A stretch of DNA of 64,000 nt from NCBI RefSeq assembly GCF_009914755.1, contig NC_060937.1; one strand, given 5' to 3'. Positions 40,276 through 57,389 of this stretch are shown here, in pieces; position 1 is the stretch's first letter, and every line of letters begins with the position of its first letter. This DNA is from the human T2T-CHM13v2.0 reference genome, Homo sapiens. The translations under genes were made by a program, and so were the position numbers. The notes below the pieces were generated by a model. The model did no database searches and was not told the DNA's origin. It worked only from the letters and a program-made list of their open reading frames with translations.

Positions 40276-40428
40276 ATGGAAGAAAGAAGGAAGAAAAGGA
40301 GAGAAGGAGGAGAAGATAAAGGGCAGAAGGGAGAGAAGGAAGGAGGAAGGGAAGAACAGAAAAAAGAAGGAAGGAAAGAAAGGAAGAGAGAAGGAGGAAG
40401 GGAAGAAGGAGGGAGAGAAGGAAGGAAA
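40276..40428. repeat. Polypurine GA/GGAA low-complexity tract
   Basis: About 150 bp of almost only G and A. Confidence 0.95.
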
Positions 40429-41484
40429 TTGTATATAGCATGTTTCATAAAGCTATGTTGCTCCTAATACTTTTTTAAATAAGCATTTATAATTAACAAT
40501 TACAGTTTTCCTAAAAAAAATGATAGCCCCAATCATTAAAATACAACAATCTATTCACTTGCTTAACTAGGTCAAAACAATGTTTTCTTATGTGCTGTAT
40601 CTTCCCAAACAATCCAACCATTTTCTTTACTAACTGAATAGCTCAAAACCACTTGCCAGAGGCAGAAAAATGAAATCAAGTGCCTGGAAATGTCTGCTTC
40701 AGCAACCTGACACTTTTAGCAAAAGCTCATGGGAATGGCTCCTTGAGAGCCTAATCATGTCCCCAAGCAGCCCCCAGTGTCTGAGAATGACTACTGACAA
40801 CTTGCAGAGGCAGAGGAGGGGAAGATTGGGCTCTAGAGAAATGTCTAAGATCCCGAGCTCAGGAAACAACAAAGAACTCATCCTAGACACCAGCTCTGGG
40901 GTCCTTTGCTTTGTGCTGAATATTTCTTCTTCACATTTGTGAATACTTCAGGCAGTGTAACAACACTCGTAGCTTTTCATATATACTATCTCCCAAAGTA
41001 ATGAAAGGCTTAGTTCTCTAATGCCTGCACAGTGAATCGTGTTCACAGTAGTGTCCTTTCATTACTCCTGCTGGCAGATCTCCTCCTCCAGAGCCTGACT
41101 GGATACATGTAAGTCTGAAGGGTTCCATCCCCAACTGGGAAATGTAATTTAAAGTAAACACCATATCCAATGTGATGAGTGTTGTGAGGTGTTATTAAAA
41201 ATATCAGTCCACAGAATAGATGTGCAGCGTTCTTCATTGCATAATGATCTGACAAAATAGGTCTTCAGTGTGTGTGATAATACAATTAGAGACCACTTCA
41301 TAGACTTTAAAATGTTCTCCAAGGAAGCTTATTGCCAGAGAAATCTAAAGATGAAGAAGCAAATTTCCAATTCGGAGTCAGATGCAGACTCTTCACTTTA
41401 TGTTAAAAAGATGGTTCTTGTAGGCTCCTTAAGTCATAACAGAGCACTAGTCACTTCAAAATGTGAAAATATTAACAGTGAAAA

Positions 41485-41665
41485 AATAATACATTTATTG
41501 AACACTCACTATTTGCTAGGTGCTATGATGTGAGTTTCCCATTAAGTACTCTTTTCACCTCCAGTTAAAGGTGAAGAAACAAAGTTTTCATGATTTCAAC
41601 ACTTGCCCAGCTAGTAAGTGGCAGGAATGAGTCTCCAATCCAGACTGTTTTACACTGACATATAC
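41485..41665 (-). mobile_element. MIR
   Basis: AATAACATTTATTGAACACTCACTATTTGCTAGG...CTTGCCCAGCTAGTAAGTGGCAG. Confidence 0.7.
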
Positions 41666-42394
41666 TGTTACTGTTCTATGGCTTTAAACTCCAAGCATAG
41701 CTAGAGTTTAAAAGAAAACAACAATGGAAGAATGATTTAATCCAAAAAGGAACCAAAGAAGCAAAATCATGAAGCAAGAAAGGTCAAAGCAATCTTGTCC
41801 AGGACCCTGAGAGTGAGCAAGTGGGACTCCTGCCCCACTTGCAGGAGTGGGTCGAAGATGAATGTTCTAGAGAAACTTGCATATACCCTGCCTCTTCTGG
41901 TGTCACCTCCAGAACCGTGGAAGAAAAAACGCGTTGGCAACAGCTGGCATATGCTTAGGAAGAAAGAACAAATGTCCCATGTCAGACACTCAGAACTCTA
42001 TATAATCATTTTGCCTTTGTGACTCAAACTGTTGTAATAAAATCAGAATTTTATTCTCCTATTTGTCTGGCTTAACTTTTGCCTCTAGAAAAATCAGTTA
42101 TAGAGAGAATGAAGATTTCCAATAGCCCAGAGGGAATTACTAGACACCCCTCACTCCGTCCACACAGGGCTATTATCCAAATTAATCAAATCTATACGTA
42201 CTATTCCCACCACCCATTCTGGTCTCTGAAGCCTGGCTCAGAATTCTATTATATATTTTATTGCCACCCTTGCAAGAGTCAGCTATTTATAATTAAACGT
42301 TTTCTGTCATTCCTTTCTGTCACTGTTGGATGTCAAAACTGAGGAAAATATGGAAATATTGAAAAATACTGACTCTTATTAACCTTAAACTGCC

Positions 42395-42962
42395 TATGCC
42401 CATCACTACACTTATGCATGTGTGGGCGCACACATATACTTGCACACACACATGCAGGCCAGGCACATGCACACACACATGCGTGCACACACACAGGCAT
42501 GTACACATACATGCCCACACACATGCATGCCCACACATGCAGGCACACGTGCATGCAAACTCATGTACACACATGCATACACACACGGATGCACACACAT
42601 GCAGACACACACATGCATGCACACACACGTATGCATGTGCATATGAAGGCACACACATGCACACACACATGCAGGTACACACATGTATGCACACACCCAT
42701 GTTCATGCACACACACGTATGCACACACACTTGCACACACACATATCCAGGCACACACACATGCACACACACATACATGCACACACACATATGCAAGCAC
42801 ACACAAGCAGGCACCCACAGACATGCAGGTACACACACATGCACACACATGCAGGCACACACTCATGCAGGCACACACATACAGGTGCAAACATACATGC
42901 ACATACATATGCAGGCACACACACACATGCAGGCACATAGACACACGTGCAGGCACGCATGC
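42395..42962. repeat. Cryptic (CA)n/CATG(CAGG) low-complexity repeat
   Basis: Degenerate CACACACATGCA(GG) units; largely alternating purine-pyrimidine. Confidence 0.97.
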
Positions 42963-44684
42963 CTTTTCTCCCTGAAAATGCATCCACTCATGGTTTTTGG
43001 TCAAATTTTTGGAATTTTTCAATTTCCTTTTCTTTTCAGTTCCAATCTAAGACTCCAGATTCAACTATGTTGTAAAAGACTCTTAGTAGCCTCCTCCCCG
43101 TTTCTCTGGAAAGTTCTGCTCTTCTGAGAAGTCTCAATCCTCCAAAGAAAATGAGGTCCTAGGGAGTCTGAGAGTTAAGAGATCTGAATTCCCTCCTGAC
43201 AGGTTCCAAAAGACAATTGATAAAGACCTATTTATCTGGCAACTCAAAGCTATCCACTCCTGGTCACAATTCACATTCTTCTCCTCAGCCTTGGTTTCTA
43301 CCAAAAAGTCAAAAAACATATTACATTTCTAAATCCTGACTTCATACCAAAATATATGGGTCATATGTTTCAAATAGCAGCTCTGTTCAAGAATGGCCAA
43401 GTGAGCAAAATTTTGTTCTTTTCATTTGAAAGTAGATTTACAAGTGGATCTTTCTTTGGAAAGAGGGTGTGTTCCTAAGAAATTTTGAGTCAGAATATTG
43501 TAAGTACATTTATCTAGTAAATGTGTTAGAGAATGCCATTTTAATTATTACCCATCACTTATTTGTTATAGAAATTCAGATTTTTTTTTTCTAAAATAAA
43601 GAAGTAAGGAAGGCACATCTATGCTAGTAAATTGTACTGAAAAAACAATGCAGTCCACTGCTTGGAGGAACAAAAATCTACCTGTTTTTTATTCCCTCAC
43701 TTGTAACAGTATTCACTTCCACTTACAACTCAAGATGTCCCATTTCCTCAGCAGGAGATCCACAAATACCCTCCAGCATCACCGATCTCTCCTGTGGAGA
43801 GGATGTCATAGGATGGAACTTTCCACAGTAGATAAAAAGAGTGACCCAGGTCTCTATGAACCAAGAGGATTAATATGTGTTTGGTCTATTTTCCTGATGT
43901 CTTTCTCTATCTTTTAATGTCTTAACTTATTTTTTAAGTGCTGAATACTGGGCCCTACACCTTGTCTCCTGAATAATAATCTCTGTTAGGCCCAAGCATC
44001 TGCTTTGTAAATAAACCATACAAGTTGGGAGAAAATATATGATCATTTTAATGCCTGAGAGATTATTGGCAATCGTTCAATGCATAAATTGTTTCATATT
44101 GCCTCCAAGACATTGTGGAACAATACCATAAAAGAAGCTCAATCTTCGCAATATAAACAAATAGACTTCTAATTTGTGTTTACTAGAGCAAAGCAGACAA
44201 ATGGATTTTGTGTTTTGTAAGATTTCCCCATATGGAGTTAATTCTTGGCAGTTTTCAACCTAGTTTGCTGGGAAAATTCCTTTGAGTCCCATTTTAAAGG
44301 TCTTCCTGTGGTCACCTTTGACCCCTGCTTTGCTTTCCTAAGAAGGGCCTGAGAAAAAGTGATGAAGAAACTTCTTCCAGACATGATATGCGATTGTTTG
44401 TCTTCATTCTTGTCCTAAATGTTGTTTTTCCTTCTGAAAGACTGCTAGGAGCCAGCAGATAAGAAGGATTTATGATTTAAATTTCACAGGACATCAGATG
44501 TATGTATTCTCTGTATATCTAGTTTGAGGAATTGATGTGTCATATCATTTTCCAGAAAATATCATTAAAAAGTCAACACCAACACCAATTGATATTCCCA
44601 GACATAACTACCAACAAACCCACGTTCCAACAGGACACACAACGTAAGCATGTGGCTGAAATTCCTCAGATACAATATAGCCAT

Positions 44685-45265
44685 TACATTCACTCAGTCA
44701 TGCAGTAAATACTTATTAAACACCCAGACAAAGGCAGTGCTAAGTGAGTAAGAGAGACATGAAACTTGTCCCTGTAATGACAATACTTAAGTGAGAAAAC
44801 AGACAATTCTGTAATTAATTAATTGCAACTTTGTCCTAGGTGGGTCTACCAGGAAGCTCACTTCCTCTGAACTGGGGAGGAGTCAGCAATGTTTCCTTGA
44901 AGAATGGGCTTAAGCTGTGAACTCACTTATGCAGAGGATTACATAGGCCAAGAGAGGCGAAGAATGATGTTCTATGCAAGGGAGGACAGAAGTGCAAACA
45001 CTACAAGACACAAGATGTCTTGGCAAGTTGAAGGAACAAAAAGGAGGACAATGATGTAATCAGGCCCAATAGATAAGGAGGAGAGTGTCATGAGACAGGG
45101 TGGTAAGATACATATGGACCAGTCAGAAAAAGAGAATTGAGAATCATTGAGGCAGAGGAATGAGATTTATGATTTTTAAAATTGATTATTTCACTACTGT
45201 GAAACACGGGTTTAGAGAACAGAAAGCCAGGATGCAGGATGACGAATTAGGAGTCTGCAGATAAG
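44685..45265 (-). mobile_element. L2 (3' part)
   Basis: CATTCACTCAGTCATGCAGTAAATACTTATTAAACACC...GTTTCCTTGAAGAA...GAAGGAACAAAAAGGAGG. Confidence 0.7.
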
Positions 45266-45297
45266 GAATATATTGTCCTTAATGAAATTTTAAAATG

Positions 45298-45585
45298 TGA
45301 TATATAAATGTACATATATGTGTCTGTCTACACATACCCACATGCGCACATATATATACATATATGTATATTTTACACATACCCACATATGCATATATAC
45401 ATGTATATATGTGTATCATATACTATAAACATATGTATTTATAATATTCTACACATACCCACATATATATACGTGTGTGTATATATATATATGTATACAT
45501 ACGTAGGTACGTGTACTCAAAAATATACCTTTTGAGTACAATTACATATAATATTATATGTATAATTACATACAAATATATGTAA
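45298..45585. repeat. TA/CA-rich degenerate microsatellite
   Basis: CATATATATACATATATGTAT-type units. Confidence 0.9.
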
Positions 45586-46179
45586 ATTCTTTTTAATCTC
45601 TACCCTGGAGATTACTTAACATTTAATATATCCTCATCAGACAAGACAGTTACAACAAATGACTTCAAATATCACTGTTACATCTTCACCAGAGCATTTG
45701 TTAATTGGTATAAGGAATACTAGATAGAATATTTCATTAGTGCAATGAGTAGCATTTAAAATAAATGAATTGATGCTGGTGAATTATACAGCCACTACGT
45801 TTGCATGAACAGTGTTCTGAGAATCTGGCAAGCCCAGTGGCCTCTAAATTTAGGAGTGGTACCATAGGCCTAGAGACCACTTGGTTCCATGTCCCACCAC
45901 TTCACAGAGAATTCTGATCCATAAGAAGGTGAGCTGCATCCCGTTGCTAGACTATTGCAACTGCTCAGTGGAACTTCTCATGCTGGGTACTTTGCAAAGT
46001 GCCAAAGTACAAACAAATGGAACGGACTATATGGCAGTTTCTGTGCTTACTTGCAAATGCCATGTGGCAGCATCTGGTCTGAGACTTGCTTTCATTGTAA
46101 CATCCCATGTGGCGGCAAGCTTGTGGAGGAAGATACTAGAGCTCTCTTCGATCTCCATATGTCTTAAGCTAGTAATACT

Positions 46180-46650
46180 GTCAACATGAACCTGAAAATG
46201 AGATTGATTGGCCAAGTTGGCTCAGGTTAGTTGACAATAACTGGATTAAGATAGCAATGGTGGAGATGGAGGAAAGTGAATCTACTGAAGGGATGGATTG
46301 AGGGAGAGGGCAGAAGCAAGAATGTCGGTTTTCTAGCATAAGCAACTTGGTACATGGTGGTGCAATATACAGAGACAAGGAACACTGGAGACACAGCTGG
46401 TTTGGGAGAAAGATTACAAATTTGGTTTTGGACAGATTGGGTTTGATAGATTTGTGAGTTTGCTAAATGAAGATATTACTCATATGTAGTTGGATACAAG
46501 AGGTCTGGGGTTGAAGAAGTACTTGTGGGAGGCTTTAGTAAGCAGAGATAACTAAAGCCACGGGAGACCATGAGATGGTCTAGGTAGATAATGATGTAGG
46601 AAGAAGGGAAAAGGCCCTGAAGAACGCCAACATCTAGAGGGTGAATATTG
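46180..46650 (-). mobile_element. L2 (upstream part)
   Basis: AAGCAACTTGGTACATGGTGGTGC...TTTGGTTTTGGACAGATTGGGTTTGA...TAGTTGGATACAAGAGGTCTGG. Confidence 0.7.
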
Positions 46651-47082
46651 GAGCAACATACATCAGTAATGATTTTGGTGTTGTAACTCTAGCAAATATG
46701 TGTCATTTTACATAATTTTAAGAACTGATAGCAAAATGTATTTTCAGATAAGTTGGCTTTATTTGGGAAAACACATCGATAAGCCAACTGAGATAGACTG
46801 CACTGCAGTAGGCTCAATGGCATACTTATGCTGTGAAATAACATCACAGAATGGCTATGCAGCAGATTAAATTCCTTTGTTTTGCTTTTTAAATATGAAA
46901 AGAGGACAGAGGAGGCAGCCCGATGGAGAGATGCCAGGCTGGTGGGGTTACTTAAACATCACAATGGAAGGGCAACTGAAGAAAGGTTGCCTACTGTTCC
47001 ATTTACAGTTGTTCATGACGCTGCATTGTAACTGAGTTTTTCATTTCTTTGTTTTGTTTTGTTTGAAACCAGAGAAGAAGCT

Positions 47083-47779
47083 TATCATGAGTGACGTAAG
47101 GTCAGAGATAACCAGGTCCATGCATGTTTGTGTTTTTCCACAATGTCAGACTTTTATTGATGCTATTTCAATCATGAAAGCCATGCGCTCCACAGAGTTC
47201 CCAAGGAGGTAATTCTCCTTAGTACTTCCTGTTCACTAGGTAATCAGAGCCACAGGCACATAAGCGCAAGCCATCTCACAAGTCAGTCAATATTGCAAAC
47301 CATACATAATAGTATACTTCATCAGTACATAAATGATATAAATTAAACATTCCACAACAAACAAAGTAACATTTAACATCAAGAGAAAGGGGATAGAAAA
47401 CAAACTAGTCCAAGAAGAATGATGTGAACAAAAAGAATATCCTGATCTGGGCCTAAAGGTCCCTTGGTCTTGTAAGAAAGAGCCTTTGATGTGGGCAGAG
47501 TCTTCAGCAGCAGATGCTTGGTGTTTATCACAAGACAGCAAGATGGTGTCTGTTAACATGGCTATTTCAAGATGCTGAAATCCTGCTTTTTATGGCCACA
47601 GGGTCCTCTGATGAGGACTGATGGTGGAGGAGCATGCTTGGTTGTGTCCTTATGTGGTTGGATGCAGTCCTTATTGATCAGGCAAAACATCTGGTCCTGG
47701 TTGGTAGAGTGCCTTTTGAAATGTAAGATGGAGTCTTTTTTCTAATGTGGAGTTACTTATGTCAAGGGTGCTCTATACA
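47083..47779 (-). mobile_element. ERVL solo LTR (MER76-like)
   Basis: Reverse strand begins TGTATAGAGCACCCTTGACATAAGTAACTCC; perfect 5 bp TSD AAGCT at 47078-47082 and 47780-47784. Confidence 0.8.
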
Positions 47780-48019
47780 AAGCTAAGTTTCATGTTGGGG
47801 TCAAAGTGATAAAGAACAAAGGCAGGATATGGATATATAAGAATGCAGTGGTTGAGACAGTCTTTGAAAATAGCACTCCCCACCCCAGGAATTTGCAGAA
47901 ATTTGGGGACTGGCCTTGAACTCTGATAGGCTGTGAAATTGAAGGGCTTATTTACTAAATATTTTGAAGGATAAGCATATCTATCATCTTATGTCTGGGT
48001 TATATATATTTCATATATT

Positions 48020-48470
48020 ATACCTTATCTCTGTATTATTTTCAAGTAGCTAATAATAGTCACAAGTTCAACAATACAAATGGCACATAAAATAAGTCTC
48101 CCTCTCATTCTATCTCTTATCCAGAGGCAACCATTATCATCTGTTTCTTATTTATCTTTCCAGAAACATGCTATTTGCAGAAAGCAAATACATGTATAGT
48201 CTTTTAAAATGTTATCAGAAGCATTGGCATACTGTATAAATTCTTCCACATCTTGCTTTTCTCTCATAATAGGCACTGAAGTGCTTTCCATATCAGTACA
48301 GAAAAGCTGCCTTTTACATGGCTGTATCATATTCTACATATGGATGTACCATAATCTATTTAAGGAATTTCCAATCGATGGTCATTTGAGTTGCTTCCAG
48401 ACTTCCACTATTGTTGAAAATGCCTCAGTGAAAACCTTGTCCATAATTACTTGGCGCATGTGCAAACCAA
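48020..48470 (-). mobile_element. L1ME 3' fragment
   Basis: CCAGAGGCAACCATTATCA...TGGATGTACCATAATCTATTTAA...GATGGTCATTTGAGTTGCTTCCA. Confidence 0.75.
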
Positions 48471-48947
48471 AATTATTCTTCTTGACAAAATAGTTTAAAA
48501 TTCCCTTCTCATCATGAAAAGGGGTAGAACAGGGAGGAGGCAGGTGCCAGGAAGAACACAGATAAAGGTTCAGAAAGCTCAGCTTGAGATCTCAGCGAGC
48601 TGCAGCAGCAAAATTGCAGCCACATGTTTCTGGGCCATTGGAGGAAAGCAAAACATTGCAGAGAAATACACTGATAAAGACTTAGGACTAGAGATCTGTG
48701 TTTTGGAAGAAGACATTCTAAAGCATATCAGACCTCACAGGACAAAGCCATGTGGATCACAGAGAAGATAAACTAAACCAGCAGGAACCATTCCCTTAGC
48801 TTCCATGGAAAAGGGTGATCAACAGATCTTCAGAAGAATTGAAGACAGGGGTCAGAAATTGTATTTTGTGTCTAGCTTTTATCGTCAAGTGTTGATTTAG
48901 TATTTATAACAAATATTTTTACATACTTTATAAAGTCTGGAGTTCTT

Positions 48948-52336
<3,389 letters not shown>

Positions 52337-52464
52337 AAAGTCTGGAGTTCTTTTACTCCTCTTGGTTGTTACAGATGTATACATAGAGTGTGTAAGCCTT
52401 CCTCTACCATTAGTCAAAATTCTGGGCCCCAGAGTGAAAGGAACCAAAAAATTAATGATGTTAA

Positions 52465-53015
<551 letters not shown>

Positions 53016-54279
53016 ATTCACAAACTTTCAGCCAAACAGCAGACTAAGTTCATTGCTGATAACTAGCCCTGAACTATCCATCTCCCTAGCTTAGCTGTAT
53101 CCTTAATCTCAAGGTTTCCTTAAAGACCTGCTGTTTGTCAGTAAAGTGGGTTGAAAACTAATGACTTAATAACTCATGTCAAGCAAATAAAAATTCATTA
53201 AGTACAGAAAAACAGCCTTTTACAAAAATGTCCCTCGTAATGAAGGCTATTTCTGTTGTGCTATAAGTTAAACATTTATTTTAAAAAATTATTATTGGCA
53301 TTATGATCTATAATATGCTTAAATAATTGTAACAAAGAGTATTTGTTTTAAAGAATTTAGATGAGTAGAAACATTTAAAGGCCATAGTAAAAGGCAAAAT
53401 ATGTCAGTGGTAGATTCTATCACAGTATTTGATGCATAAAATGTGATAAGTAAACACTTGTAAAGAAATAAATAACTAAAAGAAACATACAAGGATATCA
53501 GAAGCCATATAACAGAGTTCTAGGTGAGCCAATGTAAACATCTCGGGCAATCATATATAGAAGGTACAGTATAAGCTTCTGAATAGGACAAACAACCATT
53601 CCTCCCCATTTCCCAGAGGAGTGGCAATTCTGAAAGTTGTTCAGGAAGCATACATGAGCAGAAGGATTTCCAGATTCAATTGCTCGTGGAAGTAATTAAG
53701 CTTACGTGATCACAGATGGCCTCACAACACTAAGCTCTCTCCTTGCTCCTGTTCATATTAAAAAAATCTTGTTTTTCACTATGCTAATAATTTATTTTCA
53801 CATGTAAATATTTACTTTAACCACCACTTGATTACATGAAACTAGGATAGGCACTGAAAATACAGAACTAAAGATGATCTGGATTATGAGAATATTGTTC
53901 ACCTTTTACAAGAGATGTATTTCTCCAGGAAAAAGTCATTTTCTCATCGACCTATTAGTGCAGTGATCCAGTTCATGGTATCGTCTTGCCTTGCAGTGGA
54001 GAAATAGTCCAATTCAGTTTCCTCAACAATTGCTGTTGAGGTGAAGGCAGTTTCTTCTCGGTCCTGTGGGCTTGCTGGAACCTGGTAACAATCTAGTGGT
54101 CTTATCTCCATGAAGGCTGTCTGGAGTTACCCACTCCATTTTATGAGAATCAAAGAAGGGTGTACGAACATTTGTTGATCTGGCAAATTCACTCTGGTCA
54201 CCAAGGATTGCAAAAATGGTTTTTACTCAGAGGCTATTTTTGCTATTAACGAAAATGCAGAATGAATTTCATCTTTTTC

Positions 54280-54700
54280 CTTCCCTTCACAGCTAAGGTT
54301 CTCGAAAGATTATTCTATAATTCTCTGTTCTTCTTTATCCCTTATTCACTCTTTTACCCTTACTAATGTCATTAACACCCCACCACTCTACTAAAACCAC
54401 TCTTTCCTGAGGGCATTATTAACCCTCTAGTTACCAAATCAAATAAGTGCAACTTGGCTCCCTGGAAACATTTTCCACAAACACTACTTAGAACTCTCTT
54501 CCTCTTGAAATTCTCTTCTCTTCCATTGGTGTCTATGACAACACCTTTTAAAAAATTTCCTCTGACATCTCTGATTGCTCCTTCAACAAAGATCCTTTTA
54601 ATGGTCTATCCTTTCAATGATGTTGTTCTCTAAGATTTCTTCTCCTGCATTAATTCCTTCCTGTTGTCTTCATATTCACCAGTATCACTTATATCCATTA
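54280..54700 (+). mobile_element. L2 fragment (continues at ~56550-57390 and ~58400-58510)
   Basis: CACCACTCTACTAAAACCACTCT, CTCTTCCTCTTGAAATTCTCTTCTC; resumes TTTCAACTACCTGCT...TGGATATCTCACAGG after the Tigger. Confidence 0.65.
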
Positions 54701-54919
54701 TCTATGTGGTCATATGCTGTAAAAAGACATTTCAGTCAACAATAGATCACACATACAACAGTGGTTCCCATAAGATTATAATGAAGCTAAAAAATTCCTA
54801 TCACTTAGTGATGTCATAGCCATTGTAACATCATAGTGCAATGCATTATTCATGTGTTTGTGGTGATGCTGGGGTAAACAAATCTACTGCATTGCCAGTT
54901 ATATAAAAGTATAGCAGAT

Positions 54920-55172
54920 ATGGTAGCACTCTAGGGTGACTATCATTAACATTTCATTGTATATTTTCAAATAGCTGGAAGAGCAGATTTTTGAATGTTC
55001 CCAACACAAATAAATGATAAATGTTTGAGGTGATGAATACGCTAATTATCTAGATTTTATCATCATACATTGTGTACATCTACTGAAATATTACTCTGCA
55101 CTCCACAAACATGTATGATTGTGTGTTAATTAAAGATAATAATAAAGCAAAAAGACAAAAACAAAACAAAAA
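54920..55172 (+). mobile_element. L1MA 3' end inserted in Tigger3b
   Basis: AAATAGCTGGAAGAG...GAATGTTCCCAACACAAATAAATGATAAATGTTTGAGGTGATG plus A-tail; flanked by A(A/T)GTATAGCA. Confidence 0.82.
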
Positions 55173-55889
55173 ATGTATAGCACAATTATGTACGATACAT
55201 AATACTTGATGATGATAAATGACCCTTTCCGGTATATGTATTTACTATACTCTACTTTTTATTGCTATTTTAGAATATAGTCCTTCTACTTCTTAAAGAA
55301 AAAGTTAACTGTAAAACAGCCTCAAGCGACTGCTTCAGGAGGTATCCAGAAGAAGGCATTGTTATCATAGGAGATGACAGCTCCATGCATGTTAATGCTC
55401 CTGAAGACCTTTCAGTGGGACAAGATGTGGAGGTGGAAGACAGTGATATTGATGATCCTCACCACGTGCAAGCTAGGCTAATGTGTGTGTTTGTGTTTTA
55501 GTTCTTTTAAAAGATTAACAAGTAAAAAAACAACACAAAACAAAAAAACTTCAATAGAAAAAAGCTACAGAATAAGAATATAAAGGAAGGATTTCTGTAC
55601 AGCTGTACAATGTTTTTAAACAAACTTAGCTTAAGCTAAGTGTTATTTCAAAAGTGTCAGAAAGCTTAAAATTAAAAAGTTTATAAAGTAAAAAAGTTAC
55701 AGTAAGCTAAAGTTAATTTATTGTTGAAGAAATAAAAATATTTTTATTAATTTATAATAGCCTAAATGTACAGTGTTTATAAAGTCTACACTAGTGTATG
55801 GTAATATCCTAGGCCTTCACATTCACTTACCACTCACTCACTGATTCACCCAGAGCAACTTCCAGTCCTGTAAGCTTCATTAATAGTAA

Positions 55890-56258
<369 letters not shown>

Positions 56259-56765
56259 CATTTTTAATTTTTTATACCATTTTTTCACTGTTCCTTTCTA
56301 TTTTAGATATGTTTAGATGCGCAGATACTTGTTATTGTGTTACAGTCACCTACAGTATTCAGTACAGTAACACGCTGTACAGGTTTAAAGCCTAGGAGCA
56401 ACAGGTCATACCATACAGCCTAGGTGTGGAGAAGGCTGCACTATCTAGGTTTGTGTTAGTACACTCTATGATGTTCCCACAATGACAAAATTGCCTAACA
56501 ACGCATTTCTTGGAATACATCTCCATCATTAAGCAATGCATAATTATATACCTAAAATTTCTCCTGAGCCTCAGCCCTTAATTTTCAACTACCTGCTAAG
56601 CATCTGTGTCTGGATATCTCACAGGTAATTTACACATACCAAGTCCTTAATTACACCAATTTTTGTGTGCGTCTTAAAAGGCCTTTATTTTTATTTGAAG
56701 TTTGTTTTTGTTTTTGAAGGATTTTTCTTGGGTATAGAATTTTATTTAGGTTGATGGTCTATTCC

Positions 56766-56853
56766 TTTATTTTTGTTATTTTTTAATTGACAATAATTGT
56801 ATATATTTACTGTGTACAATGTGATGTTTTGATGTATGTATGCACTGTAGAAT
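56766..56853 (-). mobile_element. Very short L1MA 3' end
   Basis: TTTTAATTGACAATAATTGTATATATTTAC...TACAATGTGATGTTTTGAT. Confidence 0.7.
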
Positions 56854-57389
56854 ATGTTCTTTTCATGTCTTATCTCTATCTGTGGCACCCTCATCCACCC
56901 AACTCTCTTCCTTCCCTCTGTCTCTATTCCAAGGACCTACTGAGTTTATCCTGTTCTCTCTAATAGTTTCCCAGCCTCTCCATCTCTATTAATTTGGCCC
57001 AGTTTGGCCCTATCATTTCACACCTTGACATCCCCCTATTTGTTCACTTCCTTTTCCCAATCACTTAGACCATAGTAGATGCTCCGCTTTCTGTTGGTGG
57101 AATGATTACACTGTAACAATCTCTCTCCCCACTTCTGCCACCCAGTGTCTCACAATACTTCCTCCAGGGATCTAGTTAAGAAACATAAGTTGTTCATGCC
57201 ACATCTTCCCCTATGTCAGATCCTCCCACTGCCTCCAATATCCATTTTAAATTTTGGTCCTTTTAGCATGGTACCCAAAGCACTGCCTGCCCTTCTCCCA
57301 CCTCATCTTCCACCTGCCCAAATGCACCCCAACTGCTGCCATGTGAGATGACCCACAGTTCCATTAACCTTTAAGGCCCTCCATGCTTT

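Noticed and set aside
42320-43127. His/Thr-rich 243 aa and Cys/Val-rich 180 aa ORFs
   Set aside because: Artefact of a stop-poor CA/TG repeat that is open in most frames; no coding signature.
47598-47630. CTGATGAG resembling a hammerhead ribozyme core
   Set aside because: It sits in a short GTCCTC/GAGGAC hairpin inside an LTR, with no stem II followed by GAAA and no cleavage-site helix.
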